This document shows positions 19,145 through 27,494 of a DNA stretch of 64,000 nt, piece by piece. The notes beneath the pieces are model-generated. The model was not told where the DNA came from, searched no databases, and was given only the letters and a program-made list of their open reading frames with translations. Position numbers and translations under genes: made by a program. The stretch is from a virus: IMG/VR virus record IMGVR_UViG_3300044632_001278; one strand, 5' to 3'. Positions within the stretch are counted from its first letter, which is position 1; every line of letters starts with the position of its first letter.

Positions 19145-20053
19145 ATGCAAATGGGCAAGAAAATATTCGTAATTTATCCTGGTAGATTTCATCCCTTTCA
19201 CAAAGGTCACAAAAGTGTATACAACTACCTAACCACTAAATTTGGTGGTAATGATGTATACATAACAACCACAGGTGTTACAAAATTGCCAAAATCACCA
19301 TTTACTTTCAATGAAAAAATGCAAATGATGATTACCACAGGTATACCGGCAAACAAAATACTAAACGTCAAAAACAACTACAACTTGAAAAGTGTAGCTA
19401 ATCAAATACCAATCAATATAGAACGTGATATTATTATTTTTGCAGTTAGTGAAAAGGATATGATTGAAGATCCAAGATTCAAAAACTTTGTAAAAAAAGA
19501 TGGATCTCCTTCTTATTTACAGCCATTGCCAAAAAATCAATCCAAATTAGACCCAGCCATAAAACACGGATACTTGATAACAGTACCAACTGTAGATTTT
19601 ACAGTACTAGGGTTACCGGCTAGAAGTGCAAGTCAATTAAGATCTCAATATGCTACATTAACCCCAGAACAACAAAAGGCTTTTATTATCGATTTGTTTG
19701 GTAATTACAATACAAATGTTCATAATATATTAAACAATAAATTGGGTAAAATTACTGGTAAATTAACCGAAAAACAAAAGAAGTTATTAAAGAAATTGAT
19801 TGTGGGTATAATGAAAGAAGACGAAGCTAAAATAAATTCTGCAAGAAAAAAGTATAATCAAGCTGGATTGGTTCTTCGTACCGTTGAACTTGATGCGGCA
19901 CAACAAGAACTTACAAAAGCAAATGACGATTTAAAAGCTGCAACTACCCCCGAAGAAAAAGCTGCGGCTGAACTACGTGTAAAAAACAAAAAAGATGCAG
20001 TAGACAGTAAAACAGCCGCTCGTGATGCTGCTCAACATCAATTAAATACCTAA
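19145..20053 (+). CDS. HIGH-motif nucleotidyltransferase (cytidylyltransferase / NMNAT-like) with C-terminal coiled coil
   Basis: IYPGRFHPFHKGH, SPFTFNEK and SASQLR motifs. The ATG at 19145 follows a TATTTAT element. Confidence 0.7.
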   Translation: MQMGKKIFVIYPGRFHPFHKGHKSVYNYLTTKFGGNDVYITTTGVTKLPKSPFTFNEKMQMMITTGIPANKILNVKNNYNLKSVANQIPINIERDIIIFAVSEKDMIEDPRFKNFVKKDGSPSYLQPLPKNQSKLDPAIKHGYLITVPTVDFTVLGLPARSASQLRSQYATLTPEQQKAFIIDLFGNYNTNVHNILNNKLGKITGKLTEKQKKLLKKLIVGIMKEDEAKINSARKKYNQAGLVLRTVELDAAQQELTKANDDLKAATTPEEKAAAELRVKNKKDAVDSKTAARDAAQHQLNT

Positions 20054-20102
20054 ATATAATAACATAAAAGTTATATAAAGTTCTATATATTGTTATAAAG
20101 TT

Positions 20103-20927
20103 ATGAGTGACGAAATTATAATTCAAAAATTAAAGCAACAACATTCAACTGCATCAACAACAGCTGCACCTACAAGTTATCCTGCGGAAACAATAGAATT
20201 GCCATCTAAAGGATATTTCTATGATGAGTCTAGTCCACTAAGCAAAGGTAGTGTGGAATTAAAGATGATGACTGCTAGAGAAGAAGACATTTTAACCAAT
20301 GAAAACTTCATCAAAAACGGTACTGTATTGGATAAATTGCTTGAATCTTTAATTGTTACGCCCGGCGTAAGAACACAAGATTTGTTGATGGTAGACAAAA
20401 ATGCACTGTTTGTTGCTGCTAGACGTTTGGCATATGGTGACAAATACGGGCCTGTAAAAATTGAGTGCAAAAAATGTAATACCGAAAACAAAACATATAT
20501 TGATTTAAGTACATTAAATGAAAAAGAAGTGGACTTCAATAAGTTTCAGAAGGGTAGTAATGAATTTGAATTTGAGTTTCCATATTGTAAACGTAGAATA
20601 ACATTTAAACTTGTTACATCTGGTGATCAAGAAAGCATTGATCGTGATATTAAAGCGATGACCAAGATCAAAAAACAAGCCAGTACAGAAGTAACTACCA
20701 GACTTAAAAAGCTGATTGTAAGTATAGATGGAAAACCAGATATTGCATCTATCAATAAATTTGTTGACAATGAGTTGTTGTCAAAAGACAGTATGGCACT
20801 AAGAGCTTATATTAAAACAATTGCGCCTGAATTGGATATGGGTTTTGACTTTGTATGTGAACACTGTGGTGAGGTGGAAAGGATGGATGTACCGATGACG
20901 GTACAGTTTTTTTGGCCTGAGTCCTGA
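20103..20927 (+). CDS. Tail/baseplate assembly chaperone (T4 gp26-like; lambda gpG-equivalent position)
   Basis: IELPSKG...MTAREEDIL...AARRLAYG, two CxxC pairs, ending FFWP. Lies just upstream of the tape measure gene. Confidence 0.75.
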   Translation: MSDEIIIQKLKQQHSTASTTAAPTSYPAETIELPSKGYFYDESSPLSKGSVELKMMTAREEDILTNENFIKNGTVLDKLLESLIVTPGVRTQDLLMVDKNALFVAARRLAYGDKYGPVKIECKKCNTENKTYIDLSTLNEKEVDFNKFQKGSNEFEFEFPYCKRRITFKLVTSGDQESIDRDIKAMTKIKKQASTEVTTRLKKLIVSIDGKPDIASINKFVDNELLSKDSMALRAYIKTIAPELDMGFDFVCEHCGEVERMDVPMTVQFFWPES

Positions 20928-21126
20928 ATATAAGTTACAAGTTCACGGTCAAATATTTGAATTGAGTTATTTCTCGCAAGGAGCGGTAAATGTACAAATT
21001 GCGTATAATTTACCTGTATTTTTACGTAATTTTTACTATGCTCAATTAGCAAATATAAAGAATAAAGAAAGTGATAGTTACAAAGAACCTGCTAAAAAGT
21101 CAGGTAAAGTAGATAAGCCTTTTTAG
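20908..21126 (+). CDS. Start-less +1-frame ORF, probable frameshift extension of the chaperone (gpGT-like)
   Basis: The +1 frame opens after TGA at 20896, has no ATG, and reads FFGLSPEYKLQVHGQIFELSYFSQGAVNVQIAYNLPVFLRNFYYAQLANIKNKE...PF-TAG. It overlaps a T7 run at 20907-20913. Confidence 0.65.
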   Translation, partial: FFGLSPEYKLQVHGQIFELSYFSQGAVNVQIAYNLPVFLRNFYYAQLANIKNKESDSYKEPAKKSGKVDKPF

Positions 21127-21161
21127 TGTAAAATAATATAGTTGTCATATTTATATATTAT

Positions 21162-24100
21162 ATGGCAGCACAACCATTTGATAAAGCAACAGCGGATAAA
21201 CTAGTAGAGGCGTTTAATAATTTAAACGCTGAAATCAAAGATACTCTGTCTAATCTAGACAAGATAGTTGATACCGAGAAAAGAATGGTTGATATAGCCA
21301 AACAGTTAGGACAGGCATATAAAACACAAAAAGATAAGCTTGATGAACAGTTAAAAGGAAAAAGTTTACAAGAAAAATTATCATCAAAATTTGTAAATTC
21401 TGAAAAAAAGTTAAATGAATTTGCACAGGCACGTATCAACAGTTACATAAAAATAGAGAGTTTACAAAATGAATTATTGACAAACGCAGCTGAACTTCTA
21501 GTAGAGCAAAGTAAAGATCCTACCAGCGATACTGTTATAGCTTTACAAGATTTAATTAATAAAAAATCAACCGAGTTGAATTTGGAAGAACATTTATTGA
21601 AAAACAGTGCTTCCAAGTTAGAATCGTTAAAACTACATAATTTTTTACTAAAAGCAGCAAACGAGTTAATAGATTTATATAACAAAGCATTGGAGATGGG
21701 TGTAAAGTTGTTAAACAAGATGGGTGATTTGGCTTCGGGTTTAGCAACTAAACTAAATATACCCACCACATTAGCTGGTACTTTTGAAAGAATATTAGAC
21801 GTTTTTAATCAAATTGACACCGCTGCTACAAATGTTAGACAAAAATTTGGACTATTACCAAGTCAGGGTGCAATTTTTGAAAAAAACATACGAGAAGCTT
21901 CTATTGAGTTAGCTGAGTTTGGTATAAACGCTGAACAACTTGGCGGAACAATGAAACAAATAGGTTCAACTTTTACAAGTTTGCAATCTATGGAAAAAGG
22001 ATTGGTTAAAGATGTTTCAATAATGTCTGCTCAATTTGGAGTAGCTTCTGAAACAAGTGTTAAGTTTCTACAAACGTTAGGTGGCGTATCTGGAAAAAGT
22101 GCAATAGCCAAACAAAATATGTTGGGATTGGCAAAATTTGCTGCAAATGCTTATGGAGTTGGGTTGGACGATGTAATGAACGATGTCGCAAATGCATCTG
22201 AAGAAGCTAGAATGTTTGCTGGTAAAAATGCAGATGAAATGGTTAGAGCTGCAGCTCAAGCTAGACAAATGGGTACTACTCTTGACAATATGGCAAAAAC
22301 TGCAAAGGGTTTGCTTGACTTTGAAAGTAGTATTCAATCAGAATTAAAAGCTAGTGCATTGATTGGTAAAAATATTAATTTTAATGAAGCTCGCAGATTG
22401 GCATTTCAAGGCGATATTATTGGGGCAAATAAATTAATATTGGATCAAGCTAAGAAAATTAAGTTCAATCAGTTAAATCCAATTGCACAAGACGCGTTTG
22501 CAAAAGCTGCTGGTAAGACTGTAAAAGAATTGCAAGAAATGTTAAATGCTGAAGAAAATCTGAAAGAAGCATTAAAATCAAAAGATCCATTGGTAAGAGC
22601 CGAAGCAGAGAAGAAAAAGCAAATGGCGGAAATGATGAAGAACGATCCTATTGCTGCTAAAAAAGCTGCTCAAGCCGAATATGAAAAAGGGTTGATTCAA
22701 GAAAAAAATCAAACCAGAATGAAACAGTTGCAAAATGAAATTAATGCAATTTTTATGGAATTTATTGGGCCTATATTGGAAGAAATTGGACCAATATTTA
22801 CACAGTTATTAAAATATATAAAAGATAACCGAGAAGAAATCAAAAAATTTGCACAAGAAGTGGGTAAACTATATATGATGTTTAAAAGTTTATCTATAGT
22901 ATCAAATATATTGGGTGGGATAGGAAAAATGACAAGTGGATTTGGAAAATTAATTACTTATTCTTCACAATTTTTATCATCGGCGCTAAAAATATCAAGT
23001 ATTTTTATTGGGTGGTCAACGAGTACATCGGGTATCATAAACACGATAGTAAATATTTCGTTAAAAATAGAAAAGATCGCAAGTGGACTAAAATCAGCAT
23101 CAGATACATTAAAAGGATTTGGTACGGGATTTCAATCCATATCTAATTTTATCGGAAAAGGATCTACACAATTAACAAAACTTTCAAATAGCGTTTTTAA
23201 TATCGGAATGAATATTGAAAAAGTATTTACAAAATTTCCAGCAATTTCAAAAATTGGAAATATTATCTCAAACGTATTTAGTGGACTAGGTAGTTCGGTA
23301 AAAGGAATTGGAAGTTTTGTGGGTGGAATATTTGGCAAACTTGGTACTGGCATTGGGTTTTTTTCAAAACTCGCTCCGATTTTTGGAGCAGTAGCTAAAT
23401 TTTTAGGACCAATAGGACTAGTTGTATCTGTGATTCAAGGTGGCATAGCGTTTTTTAAAGCATTTAATGAAACGACAGGTACCGTGAGTCAAAAAGCAGT
23501 AGCTGGATTAAAAGCTGTAGTTAATGCTTTGGTTGTAGAACCATTAAAAATGGTTTGGGATTTTCTTAAAAAGATACCGTCGTTTTTAGCCGATATAGAT
23601 TTTGCGGGAATATTTAAAGACGTAACCAACTTTTTATTAGACGCACTAACGAGTTTGCCTGATAAAATAGAAGAGTTATTTAGTGGTGGCGGTGGGGGAA
23701 TTGAATGGGGTAAAATTTTTGCAAATATTGGAAGATTAGCAATTGAAATTATTGTATTTCACTTTGTTAAATTGCCTATAGCTATAGCTAAAACAGTGGG
23801 AAAATTAGGATTGTTAATTTTGAAAGCTTTTGGACTGAACGCAATCGCTGACGGTATTGCATCTGTAGCAGACACTTTATATACTATACTTAAATGGCCA
23901 TTTGAATTGGTATATAATTGGGTAATGGATAAATTGGGTGGTAAATCTCCATCCGAAATCGGTTTAGCGATTGTTGATGGTATTAAATCTGTAGTAGATA
24001 TGTTATTTGATGTACTTACATATCCATTTAAAAAAGCCGCTCAAATTATACCAGAGATTATAAATATTTTAAAAACAACATTTGTTGATGCTTTCAAATC

Positions 24101-24569
24101 CGTAATGGATGTGATGTTTGATTTGATTACATATCCATTTAAAAAAGGATTTGAACTAATAAAGTCTGCTGTATCTGAAGTTGGTACTTTTCTCAAAGAC
24201 ACATTCAGTGGAGCTTTTACTTTTATTATTGGTGCTCTTGAAAAAGTATGGGAAAAAATGAAAGGTATTGGTTCATTTATATCTGATACAATAGGAAAAA
24301 CTTTTAGTTTTGTTGGTAGAATAGTCGGAACATCAGAAGAAACTCCATCAAAAACTGCGACTGAATCAAAAACAAGTGTAAAAACTGATGATTTATTGAT
24401 CAATACAATTGTAAATTCCAATAGAGTTTTAGCAGAAAAACTTGATAAATTGACTTCTATGATGGCATCTGGTCAAATTGCTGTGTATATTGATGGTCAA
24501 CGTGCAAATCAATTATTAGCAACAAGTAACTCAAAATTTGGTTCATTTGGTCAAGCAACAACCAATTAA
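21162..24569 (+). CDS. Tape measure protein
   Basis: 1135 aa, helical and Ala/Lys/Gly-rich with hydrophobic periodic repeats. Located between the chaperone and baseplate genes. Confidence 0.8.
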   Translation: MAAQPFDKATADKLVEAFNNLNAEIKDTLSNLDKIVDTEKRMVDIAKQLGQAYKTQKDKLDEQLKGKSLQEKLSSKFVNSEKKLNEFAQARINSYIKIESLQNELLTNAAELLVEQSKDPTSDTVIALQDLINKKSTELNLEEHLLKNSASKLESLKLHNFLLKAANELIDLYNKALEMGVKLLNKMGDLASGLATKLNIPTTLAGTFERILDVFNQIDTAATNVRQKFGLLPSQGAIFEKNIREASIELAEFGINAEQLGGTMKQIGSTFTSLQSMEKGLVKDVSIMSAQFGVASETSVKFLQTLGGVSGKSAIAKQNMLGLAKFAANAYGVGLDDVMNDVANASEEARMFAGKNADEMVRAAAQARQMGTTLDNMAKTAKGLLDFESSIQSELKASALIGKNINFNEARRLAFQGDIIGANKLILDQAKKIKFNQLNPIAQDAFAKAAGKTVKELQEMLNAEENLKEALKSKDPLVRAEAEKKKQMAEMMKNDPIAAKKAAQAEYEKGLIQEKNQTRMKQLQNEINAIFMEFIGPILEEIGPIFTQLLKYIKDNREEIKKFAQEVGKLYMMFKSLSIVSNILGGIGKMTSGFGKLITYSSQFLSSALKISSIFIGWSTSTSGIINTIVNISLKIEKIASGLKSASDTLKGFGTGFQSISNFIGKGSTQLTKLSNSVFNIGMNIEKVFTKFPAISKIGNIISNVFSGLGSSVKGIGSFVGGIFGKLGTGIGFFSKLAPIFGAVAKFLGPIGLVVSVIQGGIAFFKAFNETTGTVSQKAVAGLKAVVNALVVEPLKMVWDFLKKIPSFLADIDFAGIFKDVTNFLLDALTSLPDKIEELFSGGGGGIEWGKIFANIGRLAIEIIVFHFVKLPIAIAKTVGKLGLLILKAFGLNAIADGIASVADTLYTILKWPFELVYNWVMDKLGGKSPSEIGLAIVDGIKSVVDMLFDVLTYPFKKAAQIIPEIINILKTTFVDAFKSVMDVMFDLITYPFKKGFELIKSAVSEVGTFLKDTFSGAFTFIIGALEKVWEKMKGIGSFISDTIGKTFSFVGRIVGTSEETPSKTATESKTSVKTDDLLINTIVNSNRVLAEKLDKLTSMMASGQIAVYIDGQRANQLLATSNSKFGSFGQATTN

Positions 24570-24586
24570 TCTGATATTTATAATTA

Positions 24587-27199
24587 ATGGCAAATAGTAA
24601 TACATATTCTAGCGCAATAGGTAATGATGGTGCGCAAGTTACCACACTTTCTAATATACAAGGTGCGGGTTTATCTTTGCCGCCAAATGCCGAACAATAT
24701 ATAAATCTAAGAGCGCCTGGTAAATTAGAAACATTATTCAATACTAATAATAACAACGAAGTATTATATAGCAAGAATAAACCAACTGATTTATACGCAA
24801 GAGGATTAATTAGCAGCGAATTAGCACCTCCATTTTACGCAAATCCAAATCAAGGTCAACGTCAGAAGATAAATGTTAGCAGATCGTTTCCTATACAATC
24901 CGCATTGAGAGACGGTACCAGAATCAGAAGATTTCTAGGATCTGGTAAAGGTGGTACTTTTTTAACAAAACAAATACTATTACAAGGATTTGCTCCATTT
25001 GACGAAACCAAGATTTATAATCCAGCAAGCCCTCTTTTGGCTGCGGTTAGATTATCAACATTTGGTGCTATAGAAAGACCCACCAGATTTATAGATAGTA
25101 GCAATATCGTCGGTGGTTTAATGGGTGCTGCCGGTATAGGTGGTATTACAAAAGCTATTGGTGGATTGTTTGGTGCAACTGAAGGCAATCCATCTCCGCC
25201 ACGTAGTAGTGTGGCTAGTGCAGCTAGTGAGCCAAAGAGTGGATTGGGTGGATTTTTCAATTTTACAGGATTACTTGGTGGTGGCGATAAAGCAGATCAA
25301 GTAATGCCTATTACAGGTCGAGATGGTGTTAAAGGATTACTAAGAGGTAATACAGCTACTGCTGGTTACAACAACAAACGATATAAGAGTTTGATGAGTA
25401 ATTCTACAGGCAAAGGCGGATTCTTTAGTAATCTACTAAAATCAGCTGGGTCATTTTTAAAGAATAATACGATTCTAGGTGGATTGTTGCCACCTACTCA
25501 ACCAATAGCAGGATTAAATTACAGAGCTGACGAAGATACATATGATCTGATGTTGAATACCAATAGATGGAGTAATTCTATTACACACGACAGAACAAGT
25601 GGTAAGAAGAGTGCTAATCTAAATGTTAATTTAAATCAGGGTAACAATTTGTTATATACAGGCACACAACCAAAATCAAAAGGTGGTTTTATTGGTGGGT
25701 TGTTAAAAGCAGTTGGATTACAACAAATAACAGGAGGCAACAGCAGTGGTACAAGTGGAATGAGATTTTTTGCCACTCCTCTGACAAACATAGTTTCTAA
25801 ACGATTGAGACTATATGTTCAAAGCAATAAAAATTTAAGAAACAACAGCTTTTTATCTGTTACATATTCAACTACACCTGGCGTTGGTAAATTAACAGAT
25901 TCGTATACAATTAGTAATGTTGAAATTAGTTCTGTAGACGGCGCTAATACAAATAGATACGGTGATTTAGTTAAAATAGATGGTGATGTAGAATATAGTG
26001 ATCAATTGTTAAATTATAAACAATATACCGATCCTAAATTATCTGTAAACTATCAACGTACACTTTCAGATAAAACAGATAAAACTGTAGAATATATTCA
26101 AGATTTAAGCAGAATTTTAAAAACCAAAATTGCTGGAAACGACAATTTAAAGTATGGTGTAGATCCTATATTTGGAAAAACACAACAGTATGCCACAGAT
26201 GATGTTGGTTTTAATTATTTAGCGAAAGTAAAATCAGACAGAACCAATACTGACGGATCTGATAGTGCAAATCAATACACCTATACTGGTCGAATCAGAT
26301 ATGAAAGAAAAGAAAAGTTTCCAACTCTATTGGGTAAAAAAGAAGGTAGAGACAGATTTATAAGACCCACCAACAATGTTGACTATGTTAACAGCTTGGG
26401 TGTATTAAATGCTGATGAATTTGCTGAAAAATATAATGATCAATTTAACGGATTGGGTCCTGACTTGGTTAAGTTTTACTTCTATGATATAGTTAACAAC
26501 AGATTTATACCGTTTAATGCTACTGTAAAAGGGTTACAAGAAAACAATACATCTACTTGGGAACCAATTGAATACTTGGGTAGACCTGACAAGTTATACT
26601 ATTACAAAGGATTTACCAGAGACGTTAGTTTCAATTTTAAAGTGGTTGCACATTCTGTTAAAGAATTATTACCTATGTGGCAACGTGTAAACTATTTGGT
26701 GGGTTTAACCAGACCTTCTAATTATACTTCCACTGTAAATGGTGGATTTATGATACCACCGATGGTGCAATTTACACTTGGAGATTTTTACAAAAATCAC
26801 TTTGTGGTTTTAAATTCGTGCAATGTTAGCATACCTGAAGATGCATCTTGGGAATTAATTAACGAGAGTACTGTACAACAACAAGACTGGAGTTATAATT
26901 TAGGAAATATATTTACATTTGACAAAACCAGTATGAAAGGTAAAGTTGCGCAATTTCCAAGAGAAGCGGAAATTACTATCAATATGTCATTGATGGAAAA
27001 AGACAGACCAAAAACAGGAAGAGCTTTGTGGGGAAATGCTCCTGTTGCAACTATGACTCAGGCGGATGCTGGAGAAACTGCTACTGTATCTACATTTGGT
27101 ACAACCGATCTTTATGGCGATAAAGATTATAATGATGTAGCTAATAATGATTTCTCTATGAATATGCGATATGATGTTGACAGACAAGGAAATAAATGA
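24587..27199 (+). CDS. Putative baseplate / tail-tube initiator protein
   Basis: C-terminal tube-like domain (WEPIEYLGRPDKLYYYKGFTRDVSFNF...PPMVQFTLGD). Follows the tape measure gene. Confidence 0.55.
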   Translation: MANSNTYSSAIGNDGAQVTTLSNIQGAGLSLPPNAEQYINLRAPGKLETLFNTNNNNEVLYSKNKPTDLYARGLISSELAPPFYANPNQGQRQKINVSRSFPIQSALRDGTRIRRFLGSGKGGTFLTKQILLQGFAPFDETKIYNPASPLLAAVRLSTFGAIERPTRFIDSSNIVGGLMGAAGIGGITKAIGGLFGATEGNPSPPRSSVASAASEPKSGLGGFFNFTGLLGGGDKADQVMPITGRDGVKGLLRGNTATAGYNNKRYKSLMSNSTGKGGFFSNLLKSAGSFLKNNTILGGLLPPTQPIAGLNYRADEDTYDLMLNTNRWSNSITHDRTSGKKSANLNVNLNQGNNLLYTGTQPKSKGGFIGGLLKAVGLQQITGGNSSGTSGMRFFATPLTNIVSKRLRLYVQSNKNLRNNSFLSVTYSTTPGVGKLTDSYTISNVEISSVDGANTNRYGDLVKIDGDVEYSDQLLNYKQYTDPKLSVNYQRTLSDKTDKTVEYIQDLSRILKTKIAGNDNLKYGVDPIFGKTQQYATDDVGFNYLAKVKSDRTNTDGSDSANQYTYTGRIRYERKEKFPTLLGKKEGRDRFIRPTNNVDYVNSLGVLNADEFAEKYNDQFNGLGPDLVKFYFYDIVNNRFIPFNATVKGLQENNTSTWEPIEYLGRPDKLYYYKGFTRDVSFNFKVVAHSVKELLPMWQRVNYLVGLTRPSNYTSTVNGGFMIPPMVQFTLGDFYKNHFVVLNSCNVSIPEDASWELINESTVQQQDWSYNLGNIFTFDKTSMKGKVAQFPREAEITINMSLMEKDRPKTGRALWGNAPVATMTQADAGETATVSTFGTTDLYGDKDYNDVANNDFSMNMRYDVDRQGNK

Positions 27200-27489
27200 G
27201 ATATCAATTTACGCCAACTGAAAAAAGATATGATGGGAAATTGGTATTTAAGACCACGTATTATCCCAATATACCGGAAACCGAGGACGATATATACATT
27301 ACCGCATCCAATGAAGATTATTTGGATGCTTTAGCCAAAAAGTATTATGGTGATGAAATGTACTGGTGGATAATTGCTTTGGCTAACAACATATCTGATG
27401 GCAAATTGTCCGTTAATGCAAATAAACAATTAAGAATTCCAGGCAATTTACCAAATATATTACAGAATCTCAAACAGATTAATAGTTAA
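27196..27489 (+). CDS. LysM-like baseplate protein (gp53 / P2 gpX-like)
   Basis: DYLDALAKKYYGDEMYWWIIALAN...QLRIP. Confidence 0.75.
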   Translation: MRYQFTPTEKRYDGKLVFKTTYYPNIPETEDDIYITASNEDYLDALAKKYYGDEMYWWIIALANNISDGKLSVNANKQLRIPGNLPNILQNLKQINS

Positions 27490-27494
27490 GTTAT

